Source of the DNA: Polyangiaceae bacterium
GTDB lineage: Bacteria; Myxococcota_A; Polyangia; Polyangiales; Polyangiaceae
Direction: 5' to 3'
Length of the DNA stretch: 64,000 nt
Assembly: GCA_033763455.1 (NCBI GenBank)
Contig: JANRKO010000019.1
Coordinates: 1 to 64,000, forward strand
Shown here: positions 29,597 to 38,740 of the stretch, piece by piece
Layout of the letters: each line of letters starts with the position of its first letter
Position numbering within the stretch: the stretch's first letter is position 1
The notes under the pieces: model-generated
Told to the model about the DNA's origin: nothing
Databases searched by the model: none
What the model saw: only the letters and a program-made list of their open reading frames with translations
Made by a program: the position numbers and the translations under genes

Positions 29597-31456
29597 CTAA
29601 CTGTGGCGCCGCACGATCTCGAGGATGTCTTGCCCAAAGCGCTCAATCTTGGCCGGCCCAAGCCCTGGAATTTGTCCTAGTGCAAACACAGTGGTGGGGC
29701 GCTCTTGTTCTACCGCAACAATGACTCGTTGTTGGAACACCATGTAGCTCTTCCACGAGAGCGATTTGGCCTGTCGGCGGCGATAATTCTCAAGCTCCCG
29801 CCCAAGGTCGCTACGGCGCGGGCGCCCTTTCGGAGCTTTTTCAGAGCCCTCTTCAGCGCTCGCAACACCGCGGATGGCTTTCCCGGGCAACCACACAGTG
29901 GGGTACTTTACGCCTCGGCGGATAAGGCGCTTGTCCTCGAGCAGAGAATCAATAGTGGCAACAATGGACGCTTCATCTCGCTTGGCTAGCAATCCGTGTT
30001 CGGGAAGCCTGAGCAGCCCACCTCGGCGTAGCACTTTGGCACGGCTTCCGCGCAGGGCCTTGGCCAAATTCGCTTTGCCTACCGGACGGCTGAGCGCCGC
30101 TACGGCTTGAACAATTAGCAGCTTCTCTGCTTCATCAAGCACGGTGGCTGCGACCTTAGGCTTGGCGGTGAGGCGAGGTTCACTCTCGTCATCGTCATTA
30201 TCCGAGCCAAGTTGACCCAGGCACACATCGCAGTGACCACAAGGGGAGGAAGCCTGTGTGGTGAAATATTCACACAGATCGCTCGCACGGCACGTAGTGC
30301 TTTCGGCGTATTTCTGAACGGCCGAAAGCCCAGCTTCTGTCCGCTCTTGCACGACTTTTGTGACTTTGCCGGAGAGCTGCAAACGCCTTTGCGTCATCAA
30401 ATCTCCCGGCCCGAAGAACAGAACACAACGCGCAAAGAGCCCGTCTCGCCCTGCGCGCCCGGCCTCTTGGTAATAGGCAGAAAGGCTTCCCGGAGCCTGA
30501 AAATGTACAATCAAACGCACGTCGGGGTAGTCAATTCCCATGCCAAAAGCGCTGGTTGCCACGAGCACGCGTGAGCGGCCTTCATCAAAGCCTGTTTGTG
30601 CTCGCTCTCGCGCCAGCTTGGTGCGGCCAGCGTGGTAATAGGAAGCCTTGAAGCCTGCCTCCTTAAGCTGAGTGGCCACAGCTTCGGATTTTTTGCGCGT
30701 GCTGCAATAGACAATGGCTCGCCCGCTGACTTTAGCGGAGCGGATGTTGGCCTCGTCAAGTAGCTTGATGAGAGCTTGCAAGCGGTCAGCATCTTTGCGC
30801 AATGGACGCACAGCAAAGCTGAGGTTCGGCCGAGCGAAGCTGCCTCGAACGATGGTGGGGTCACGAAGCTTGAGTTGCTTTTGGATCTCTAAAAGTACGC
30901 GGGGGGTCGCTGTGGCAGTAAGTGCTGCTACCGGAGCTCGAATGATGTCGCGCAGCTCCCCGAGCTCCAGATATTCCGGACGAAAATCATGCCCCCACTG
31001 GCTCACACAATGGGCCTCGTCGATTGCTAGAAATGCAATGGGCACCTTTTTCAGCCAACGCCGAAAGCTATCGAGCTTTGCTCGCTCAGGCGATACGTAC
31101 AACAAATCGAGATCACCCCGTAAAAATTCCAGGACCACATTGCGTTGTTCCCGCGGATCCTGCTGGCTATTAATGGCCGCCGCCGACACACCCCGCGCGC
31201 GCAAGCTCTCCACTTGATCGTGCATGAGCGCAATTAATGGTGAGATCACCACCGTAGTGCCACGCCCCTCTCGCCGTGCCACCAAGGCTGGCAGCTGATA
31301 ACATAGTGATTTCCCAGCACCTGTGGGTAGAAGCATTAAGGCATCACCGCCCCCGAGCAGGGCCTCCACTGCCGCTTGTTGCCCTTCGCGGAAATCTTGA
31401 TAGCCGAAAACCTCGCGCAAGATAGCGAGTGGAGCGTTAGGAGGCACCGAGAGCAT
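29597..31456 (-). CDS. recQ: RecQ-family DNA helicase
   Basis: PTGAGKSLCYQ, DEAHCVSQWGHDFR, QEAGRAGRDG, Zn-binding Cys, RQC and HRDC-like C-terminus. Confidence 0.93.
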   Translation of the reverse strand: MLSVPPNAPLAILREVFGYQDFREGQQAAVEALLGGGDALMLLPTGAGKSLCYQLPALVARREGRGTTVVISPLIALMHDQVESLRARGVSAAAINSQQDPREQRNVVLEFLRGDLDLLYVSPERAKLDSFRRWLKKVPIAFLAIDEAHCVSQWGHDFRPEYLELGELRDIIRAPVAALTATATPRVLLEIQKQLKLRDPTIVRGSFARPNLSFAVRPLRKDADRLQALIKLLDEANIRSAKVSGRAIVYCSTRKKSEAVATQLKEAGFKASYYHAGRTKLARERAQTGFDEGRSRVLVATSAFGMGIDYPDVRLIVHFQAPGSLSAYYQEAGRAGRDGLFARCVLFFGPGDLMTQRRLQLSGKVTKVVQERTEAGLSAVQKYAESTTCRASDLCEYFTTQASSPCGHCDVCLGQLGSDNDDDESEPRLTAKPKVAATVLDEAEKLLIVQAVAALSRPVGKANLAKALRGSRAKVLRRGGLLRLPEHGLLAKRDEASIVATIDSLLEDKRLIRRGVKYPTVWLPGKAIRGVASAEEGSEKAPKGRPRRSDLGRELENYRRRQAKSLSWKSYMVFQQRVIVAVEQERPTTVFALGQIPGLGPAKIERFGQDILEIVRRHS

Positions 31457-31469
31457 GGGCTGCTCGGCG

Positions 31470-32339
31470 TTAGACTACGCGCAAGTGTTTGCCAACTAAA
31501 ACTTCGTTGTGAGATCCGGTGCGGTACCCGCCGAGATCCACGGTTGTATACGAAAAACCGTGCTTTTTCCCGAGAAGCACCACCTGCTCGCGCAACCCCG
31601 GCTCCAGGAGGCGCTCCAACTCCGAAAGCGCGAGCTCCAGGCGTGCGATTTTGTCGTGCCAACGTACGCGCAATTGACGAAAACCAAGCGCCTTCAAATC
31701 AGCCTCAAAGCCACCGATCTGCGCCAAGCGTTCGGTGGTTACACTGGTGCCGTAGGGGATGCGGCTGGAAAGGCAAGCCGCGGCAGGTTTATCCCAAACA
31801 TCCATGTGAAGTGCACGGGCTGCAGCTCGAACATCAGCCTTTGAAAACTCAGCTTCGATGAGTGGGCTGCGAACCTCAGCATTCTTAGCAGCCACAAGCC
31901 CGGGGCGATAATCCCCAAGATCATCTAGGTTGGTGCCATTGGCAATGAACTTCAGGTTCCACTCTTTTTGCTTGGCTTGGGCTACTTCATACAGCTCAGT
32001 TTTGCAGTGAAAACAGCGATCCGAGTCGTTTTTAACGTAGCCTTCGCGTGCAATTTCATTCGAGCTTACAAAGTGGTGGGCAGCTCCAAGATCTAGAGCA
32101 ATGCGGGCAGCGTCGGCTCGTTCTCCCTCTGGCAAGCTTGGGCTAACAGCAGTTATCCCGATCGCTTGCGCCCCCAATTCCTGGTGGGCCACGGCGAGCA
32201 CCAGAGCGCTATCAATACCCCCTGAATAGCAAACCAACACAGACTCCATATCTCGGAGGATGGAGCGGAGCCGAGCGAGCTTTGGTTCGATGGGAACAGA
32301 AATAGTTGTCTCAAATGAAGACACGTCAGAGGCAGCCAT
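31470..32339 (-). CDS. larE: ATP-dependent sacrificial sulfur transferase LarE-like
   Basis: YSGGIDS PP-loop, RCFHCK, GTNLDDLGDYRPG, ACLSSRIPYG. Confidence 0.88.
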   Translation of the reverse strand: MAASDVSSFETTISVPIEPKLARLRSILRDMESVLVCYSGGIDSALVLAVAHQELGAQAIGITAVSPSLPEGERADAARIALDLGAAHHFVSSNEIAREGYVKNDSDRCFHCKTELYEVAQAKQKEWNLKFIANGTNLDDLGDYRPGLVAAKNAEVRSPLIEAEFSKADVRAAARALHMDVWDKPAAACLSSRIPYGTSVTTERLAQIGGFEADLKALGFRQLRVRWHDKIARLELALSELERLLEPGLREQVVLLGKKHGFSYTTVDLGGYRTGSHNEVLVGKHLRVV

Positions 32340-32498
32340 TCGGCCAAAGGGATAACACTCGCGGCCTCGTGGGGCGAGGGCGGTCGCCGCGCTAAAGATG
32401 GGTGAGCGCCCGTAAGTTCGCAGGAGGCTTAGGTTTTGAGGCGAGGTAGGAAGTTATTGGTCCGATCTCGAAGGTGAGGTCACTTTTCTTTTGTTCAG

Positions 32499-32514
32499 CT
32501 GAAGCTATGTTCAG
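32499..32514. promoter_or_regulatory. Putative LexA (SOS) box
   Basis: CTGAAGCTATGTTCAG dyad, resembling the Myxococcus-type CT..A.....GTTCAG box, 5 nt before imuA ATG; extra GTTCAG at 32493. Confidence 0.65.
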
Positions 32515-32519
32515 TATCA

Positions 32520-33299
32520 ATGGCTCTCCCGCTCACTCTCCTCGAGCAATTCCCGTCCCGCTTGGTTTGGCGCGCTGAAGCGCTGGAGGAGCAACGTTCT
32601 GCGCCCGAAAGCAGTGTATTTCCAACGATCTCGGCCCTGGACGAAGTTCTTCCGGGCGGTGGATTGTTGCGGGGGGGCGTGGTGGAGCTGTCCAGCGCTG
32701 GGGGCGTATCGCTAGGGGCCAGTGTTGCGTTGGCGGCCTGCCGGTCGGCCCAGGGAGAGGGGTACCTTCGCGCTGGAGAGCCCAGCTGGTGTGGGTTCGT
32801 AGATCCGGGAGGCAGCTTGTATGGTCCGGGGGTGGAGCAAGCAGGGGTGTTGCTCCAACGCCTTCTGGTGGTGCGCCCGCCGCTTGCGGCGTTGAGCCGG
32901 GTAGCCGTGCGCATGGCCGTGAGTCGTGTGTTTTCACTCCTGGTTATCGATTTGGCTTCAGTGCCGGGGGCGGAGCTAAATGTTCAGCTTGGGCCGTGGG
33001 CTCGTTGGGTGCGCCAATTGGCGATGGCTGTTGAAGGTTCAGAGAGTAGTGTACTGATGTTAACTGACGCGCGCTCCCATCGGCCATTGCCTTTGCCTGT
33101 TGCTCAACGCATCGAATTGGCTCGTGTGGATCCTAAAAGAGTGCGGGTTTCGGTCAAAAAAGATCGCTCGGGCCGCGTAATGCCTTCACAGGTGATTGAG
33201 CTTAGTCCCAATCCCAATCCCAATCCCAATCCCAATCCCAATCCCAATCCCAATCCCACTGAGCTTTTGTTGAAGGGAGTACGGCGTGCAAGAGCGTAG
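32520..33299 (+). CDS. imuA: ImuA / RecA-like mutasome accessory protein
   Basis: ALDEVLPGGGLLRGGVVEL, VDPGGSLY, RLLVVRP; first gene of the cassette. Confidence 0.85.
   Translation: MALPLTLLEQFPSRLVWRAEALEEQRSAPESSVFPTISALDEVLPGGGLLRGGVVELSSAGGVSLGASVALAACRSAQGEGYLRAGEPSWCGFVDPGGSLYGPGVEQAGVLLQRLLVVRPPLAALSRVAVRMAVSRVFSLLVIDLASVPGAELNVQLGPWARWVRQLAMAVEGSESSVLMLTDARSHRPLPLPVAQRIELARVDPKRVRVSVKKDRSGRVMPSQVIELSPNPNPNPNPNPNPNPNPTELLLKGVRRARA
33207..33254 (+). repeat. (CCCAAT)8 in-frame microsatellite encoding (Pro-Asn)8
   Basis: Eight perfect hexamers followed by CCCACT. Confidence 0.95.
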
Positions 33300-35088
33300 C
33301 TTGTTTGATAGCGTGCAGCTAAAGCCTTCTCCAAGCGCAGAAAGGCGTGTGTTGGCGCTGGTTTTCCCACAGCTCCTTTGCGAATTGATCGACCAACATT
33401 TGCTCCTTCCGGCACTCTCAACTGCGGCAAAGCCCACAATTCCTACTGTTCCTTCGGTGAATGGTCGGCAAAGTAAACCCAGAGCACTTCCATTTGCCGT
33501 GGTCTTGACGGAAAAAGGACAATATTCCCCAGGCGCGCCGATGGAAGATGCTGCTTTGCGCAGCAATTCGCTGCTGCATACGGTGAGTGATGAAGCGCGT
33601 CGTTTGGGCGTTAAGGCCGGGCAACGGATTGTTGAAGCGCAGGCCGTGTTGGCGTCACTTCAAGTGTTTCAAATAACTCATGAAGAAGTGGCGCAAGCGT
33701 TGGGAAAGCTCGCGGAGATCGTGATGGATTTAGGGCCCACCGTTTCAGTGGGCACCCCAGATACGGTGTGGATCGATATTACGGGAGCTAGCCACTTGCG
33801 GGGTGGGGAGGCTGAGCTTTTGACGGAAGTACTCGGACGAGTGCGCGCATTGGGTCATCGAGTGCGCGCTGCCATTGCACACGGTCCCCTGTTAGCCAGA
33901 GCGTTTGCTACATGGAGTGTAGGCAGTGAAACCCCAATTGTTACGCGGCGCGAGGCGAAAGGTAGGATAGGCGTCTTGCCGCTTCTGGCTTTACCGTTGA
34001 ACTCTGAGCAATTGAGCTTTTTTGCGCGGGTGGGGGTAATGAGCGTGGCTCAGCTGCAGGCTCTTCCCAAGGCATCGCTCAGTGCTCGTTTGGGAGAAAG
34101 TGCGGGGCAAATCCTCGCGCTTACAGCGGGAGAAGATCCGGCGCCGCTCGTCGCTTTTCAGCCTCCTCGGGTGCTCGCAGAGCAAGCGGGCTTCGCTGAA
34201 GGTGTGTCGGGCGTGGAACCTCTTCTGTTCGTGCTTCGCGGTTTGGTGGCTCGTTTGAGTGTGCGGCTTATGGGTCGAGGGGAGGCTGCTGAGGAGCTGG
34301 AGCTGTGCTTGCAGCATGACCGCAAGATAGCGGAGTTCCATGGGCGGCCATTAGACACCAGGGTAACTTTCTCGTTGGCCTCACCGCTCTGGAAAGAAGA
34401 GGAGCTGTTGCGCGTGCTTCGGAGTAAAGTTGAGCGGCTAAAATTAACTTCCCCCACCGTTTCTGTTCGATTAGTTGTTTCGGTAATTGTACCCGCGCAA
34501 AGTCGGCAGCTAACGCTCTCGAGTGTGGTAGGTGGGCTTACAGAGCGAGCCTTTGATGAAAGTGAGCTGGCTGTCCTTTTGGCTGAATTAAATGCAGACA
34601 TCGGCAAGGAGCATGTAGGGGTCTTGAGGCTCCTGGATTCGCATCGCCCTGAGGCAAAAAGCGCGCTCTTTCCCGTAGTGATGAGTACGCGCTCCAATCA
34701 GCGTAGGTCTAAGCGGAAAAGCCGCAAAGTGGAAAGGGCCACCGCCAACAACGGGGAACTGCATCAAGCAGCCCCACAGGTTCGTCAAAAGCTCAGAGAG
34801 ACGATGCCAACGGCTGTGGGGCGTATGCCAACACGCCTTCTGCCGAAACCGATCTTGATTGATAGAACATTTAAGGTTGGCGAGGTAATAGGCTTAGGCG
34901 CTAACTTGTATACAATTGAACGAGCCGTGTTCGATCACCGTTTAGAGGGGGTCGCTTGGTGGTCAAAGCTTGCGGTGTCTCGCGATTATGTTCGGCTTTG
35001 GTTGAAGGGCTCCGAAGGTGGAGTGGCGGCCCTCGGCTATGTGAATCGTGATAGTGGTTCGCACTACATTCAGGCCATTTATGATTGA
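33286..35088 (+). CDS. imuB: ImuB, inactive Y-family polymerase
   Basis: ARRLGVKAG, WIDITGASHLRGGE, C-terminal WW...RDY; between imuA and dnaE2. Confidence 0.88.
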   Translation: MQERSLFDSVQLKPSPSAERRVLALVFPQLLCELIDQHLLLPALSTAAKPTIPTVPSVNGRQSKPRALPFAVVLTEKGQYSPGAPMEDAALRSNSLLHTVSDEARRLGVKAGQRIVEAQAVLASLQVFQITHEEVAQALGKLAEIVMDLGPTVSVGTPDTVWIDITGASHLRGGEAELLTEVLGRVRALGHRVRAAIAHGPLLARAFATWSVGSETPIVTRREAKGRIGVLPLLALPLNSEQLSFFARVGVMSVAQLQALPKASLSARLGESAGQILALTAGEDPAPLVAFQPPRVLAEQAGFAEGVSGVEPLLFVLRGLVARLSVRLMGRGEAAEELELCLQHDRKIAEFHGRPLDTRVTFSLASPLWKEEELLRVLRSKVERLKLTSPTVSVRLVVSVIVPAQSRQLTLSSVVGGLTERAFDESELAVLLAELNADIGKEHVGVLRLLDSHRPEAKSALFPVVMSTRSNQRRSKRKSRKVERATANNGELHQAAPQVRQKLRETMPTAVGRMPTRLLPKPILIDRTFKVGEVIGLGANLYTIERAVFDHRLEGVAWWSKLAVSRDYVRLWLKGSEGGVAALGYVNRDSGSHYIQAIYD

Positions 35089-35130
35089 GCATGGGGGTGG
35101 AGAGAATACAGCTCGCTTTGAGTGCTTGAG

Positions 35131-38100
35131 ATGTTTGCGGAGCTGTTAGCGCGATCGTGTTTTTCGTTCTTGCGTGGAGCTTCACATCCGAATGAGCTCG
35201 TTGATAAGGCGAAAGAGTTGGGTCTTTATGCCGTCGCCATTGCGGATCGTGATGGGCTTTATGGTTCGGTGCGAGCGCATACGCGAGCTAAAGAACTCGA
35301 ACAGCGAGTCATCGTGAGTGCGGAGTTGAGCCTGGGTGTGGGTAACGTTGAGTTGCCCGATCCAAAAGGTGCAGCTGAGCCGGCGGTATTAAGTTTTTTG
35401 GTCGAAAATCATCAAGGCTATCAGAACTTGTGTCGGCTGCTCACTCTTGCGCATGAGGAGCGTCCTAAAGGTGAGAGCTTGTTGATGCCTGAATGGCTGG
35501 CAGCTCACGCAGAGGGGCTCCAGGTATTGGTGCCGCTGCCGAGAGTAGTTGGGGATTCGAGTACGTGTTCGGATAAGGTGCTCGGTATCGTTCGCGAGGT
35601 ATTTCGAGAGCGTGCCTTTTTGGCTACCTATCGACATCAAGATGGCCACGGGCGCGAACGCGAGCAGCTAGCCAATGAATGGTCGATACGCTTTGGTTTG
35701 CCGATTTTGGCCACTGCTCGCGCATTTTTTCATGACCGTGAGCAGAAAGAGCTGTTGGATGTATTGTACTGTATCCGGCGCGGAATAACGCTTGATCAGG
35801 CGGGGTCTGAGCTTTTACCGAACCAGGAAGCGGTGTTGCGGTCTGAGGCAGAGATGCAGAAGCTCTTTTACGATCGGCCCGCTTGGGTGGAGCGCACGGG
35901 CGAATTAGCTCAACAGTTGCGGTTTAGCTTAAGTGAGCTCAACTATCGCTTCCCATGTACGCTTTTGCCCGGTGAAACTGCGGATCAGAAGCTACGCCGG
36001 TTGGCTTTTTCGGGGCTTGCAACGCGCTATCCCAAGGGGGTGCCAGGGGGAGTGGGGCAACAGGTGGAGAAGGAGCTCCAACTGATTCAGAAGCTGCAAA
36101 TGGCGAGCTACTTCTTGAGTACTTGGGAAGTGGTGGAAATGGCGCGCCGCCGCCGGATCTTATGCCAGGGCAGGGGAAGCGCAGCCAATAGTGCCGTTTG
36201 CTACGCACTTGGGATAACGGCGGTGGATCCTGCGCGGTCGAATCTCTTGTTCGAACGTTTTATGAGCGAAGAGCGCGCTGAGCCGCCAGATATTGATATT
36301 GATTTTGAGCACGAACGCCGTGAAGAGGTAATTCAGGAGATTTACGAGCAGTACGGGCGCGAGCGTGCGGCCATGGTCTCTGAGGTGATATGTTATCGAG
36401 GGAAGAGCTCGCTGCGAGAGGTAGGCAAAGTGCTGGGGCTTTCCTTGGATCAGGTGGCGCGTTTGAGTAGCACCATTACACATTGGGATACAGCGGATGT
36501 CTCGAAAGATCGCTTAAAGGAGATGGGGTTCGACGTGAGCGACGCGCGTTTGCTGCAGGTTATTCGGCTCGCTCAAAAGCTTGAAGGTATCCCACGACAC
36601 CTTTCAATTCATGTGGGGGGCTTTGTTGTATCGGCGACTCCACTCTACGAGGTGGCTCCCATTGAACCCGGGCGGATGCCTGGGCGCACCGTGATTCCGT
36701 GGGATAAAGATGATCTGGAGGTGCTGGGGTTCTTCAAAATTGACGTCTTGGGTCTAGGTATATTAACGGCAATTCGCAAAGCTTTATCGACTATTCATGC
36801 GGATGGCGGGCTTCGTGAAGAAGCGGAAGTGTTCGACCCGTTGAATGTTATAACAAGGATCCCGGCAGAAGATCCTGTGGTGTACGAGATGCTCTGCCAG
36901 GCGGATACTGTGGGGGTATTTCAAATCGAAAGCCGGGCGCAGATGTCTATGTTGCCGCGGCTGCGTCCGCGAAAATTTTATGATTTGGTGGTGGAAGTTG
37001 CGCTGGTGCGTCCGGGCCCGATTCAAGGCGGAATGGTGCATCCGTATTTGCGGCGCCGAAATGGTGAAGAACCTATTACGGTGCCTCATCCTGAACTCGG
37101 AAGTATTCTCGAACGCACGTTGGGTGTGCCGCTCTTTCAGGAGCAAGTGATGCAGATTTCAATCGTAGGTGCGGGCTATACTGGCGGTGAAGCGGATCAG
37201 TTGCGCCGCGATATGGCTGCTTGGAAAAAGACCGGGCGCTTGCTGCGGCATCGAGAACGTTTGCTTGCAGGGTTTGCCAATAAAGGGATATCGACGGCTT
37301 TTGGGGAGGCGTTGTTCGAACAGATCAAGGGTTTTGGTGACTATGGGTTCCCTGAGTCACACTCAGCATCGTTCGCGCTCTTAGTGTATGCCTCAGCTTG
37401 GCAAAAGGCTCATTATCCGGCGCATTTTGCTTGCGCTTTGATCAATTCGCAACCGATGGGATTCTATTCGCCATCGACCATTTTGCAGGATGCCCAACGC
37501 CATGGCGTGCAAGTGCGTGATGTATGTGTGATGCGAAGTGAGTGGGATTGTAGCCTTGAACTCGAGAATGCGGATGAGTCCTCGCTGACAGCGATGGATT
37601 CGATAGTATCGATTGGGTTGACAGCTTCAAAAGGGGACAAAGATGCCTCTCTCCCCCTGCCGCGTGCGATACGTCTTGGGTTTCGTTTGGTGAAAGGGTT
37701 CGGAGAGGCGGCGGCACAGCGCATCGTGCAAGCACGGAAGGTCAGAGCGTTCGAAAGTTTGAATGATCTTTTGGAACGCGCTGCGCTAAGAAAGGAAGAT
37801 GTTGAGCGTTTGGCAGAAGCGGGCGCACTTCAGCAATTGGTCGCTGAACGCCGGCAAGCCCTTTGGCAATCTCGCACTCCCAAGCTGGAAGGGCTTTTTC
37901 AAGGGCATGTTCTAGGGGAATCAAAGGTTCGGCTTCCGCCCCTGGGTGCCCAGGAAACGCTGTTGCTCGATTACGCGAAAAAGGGGCTTTCTACCGAAGA
38001 TCATCCCATGCGCCACCTGCGTTCAGAGTTGAAGGCACAAGGTGTGGTGGAATCACATCGTTTGGCGCAAATGAAGAAAGGGCAAAAGGTGCAAGTGGCG

Positions 38101-38415
38101 GGTGTAGTAATTACCCGACAACAACCAGGCACGGCCAGTGGTGTCGTCTTTATTACCTTGGAAGATGAATACGGATTCATCAACTTGGTGCTGTGGCGCC
38201 GCATTTTTGAGCGGTTTCATCACGCAGCACGTCACGCATCGCTACTTTGGGTGTATGGCGAAATTGATCGAGAGATACCCAGGAACGATCTCAGTCCTAA
38301 TGCACGGGTGAATTCGGGGGTGAATACACCGGTGATCCATGTCGTTGCCGAGAAGCTGCGTCGCTTGGAGCTGAATCAGGCGAACTTTAGCCGGGTATCA
38401 CGGGATTTTCACTGA
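35131..38415 (+). CDS. dnaE2: Error-prone DNA polymerase DnaE2
   Basis: SCFSFLRGASHP, CQGRGSAANS, PDIDIDFEHERREEV, GFPESH, C-terminal SRDFH. Confidence 0.96.
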   Translation: MFAELLARSCFSFLRGASHPNELVDKAKELGLYAVAIADRDGLYGSVRAHTRAKELEQRVIVSAELSLGVGNVELPDPKGAAEPAVLSFLVENHQGYQNLCRLLTLAHEERPKGESLLMPEWLAAHAEGLQVLVPLPRVVGDSSTCSDKVLGIVREVFRERAFLATYRHQDGHGREREQLANEWSIRFGLPILATARAFFHDREQKELLDVLYCIRRGITLDQAGSELLPNQEAVLRSEAEMQKLFYDRPAWVERTGELAQQLRFSLSELNYRFPCTLLPGETADQKLRRLAFSGLATRYPKGVPGGVGQQVEKELQLIQKLQMASYFLSTWEVVEMARRRRILCQGRGSAANSAVCYALGITAVDPARSNLLFERFMSEERAEPPDIDIDFEHERREEVIQEIYEQYGRERAAMVSEVICYRGKSSLREVGKVLGLSLDQVARLSSTITHWDTADVSKDRLKEMGFDVSDARLLQVIRLAQKLEGIPRHLSIHVGGFVVSATPLYEVAPIEPGRMPGRTVIPWDKDDLEVLGFFKIDVLGLGILTAIRKALSTIHADGGLREEAEVFDPLNVITRIPAEDPVVYEMLCQADTVGVFQIESRAQMSMLPRLRPRKFYDLVVEVALVRPGPIQGGMVHPYLRRRNGEEPITVPHPELGSILERTLGVPLFQEQVMQISIVGAGYTGGEADQLRRDMAAWKKTGRLLRHRERLLAGFANKGISTAFGEALFEQIKGFGDYGFPESHSASFALLVYASAWQKAHYPAHFACALINSQPMGFYSPSTILQDAQRHGVQVRDVCVMRSEWDCSLELENADESSLTAMDSIVSIGLTASKGDKDASLPLPRAIRLGFRLVKGFGEAAAQRIVQARKVRAFESLNDLLERAALRKEDVERLAEAGALQQLVAERRQALWQSRTPKLEGLFQGHVLGESKVRLPPLGAQETLLLDYAKKGLSTEDHPMRHLRSELKAQGVVESHRLAQMKKGQKVQVAGVVITRQQPGTASGVVFITLEDEYGFINLVLWRRIFERFHHAARHASLLWVYGEIDREIPRNDLSPNARVNSGVNTPVIHVVAEKLRRLELNQANFSRVSRDFH

Positions 38416-38540
38416 AGCTTCCACTGAACTCCTAGTGCGAGTTGCGTGCGCGCACCTGCCCCAATCCCTCGACAATCCCTCGACATTCGCAATTGACGAA
38501 GGAGGAGTCGCCGAAGAGACGGGGGTATTGAATTATTGGG

Positions 38541-38740
38541 GATCCTTAGCATGCTAAGGATCTGCGACAGCGCGAGAACTCCGCCGGGCCCTTACGCGAC
38601 CAGGGGACACTTTACTTAGCATGCTAAGGATCTGCGACAGCGCGAGAACCCGCCGGGCCCTTACGCGACCAGGGGACACTTTACTTAGCATGCTAAGGAT
38701 CTGCGACAGCGCGAGAACCCCCCCGGGCCCTTACGCGACC
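38541..38740. repeat. Tandem repeat of about 69-70 bp, three copies (last partial), each with a CTTAGCATGCTAAG palindrome
   Basis: Units start at 38545, 38615, 38684; the first palindrome extends to 22 bp (GATCCTTAGCATGCTAAGGATC); last unit overlaps the smc stop. Confidence 0.92.

Noticed and set aside
33186..33566. Antisense ORFs with GI or GL repeats
   Set aside because: Reverse-strand readings of the CCCAAT microsatellite
38541..38740. Possible CRISPR array
   Set aside because: Sequence between palindromes is the same in each unit (no unique spacers) and there are no cas genes
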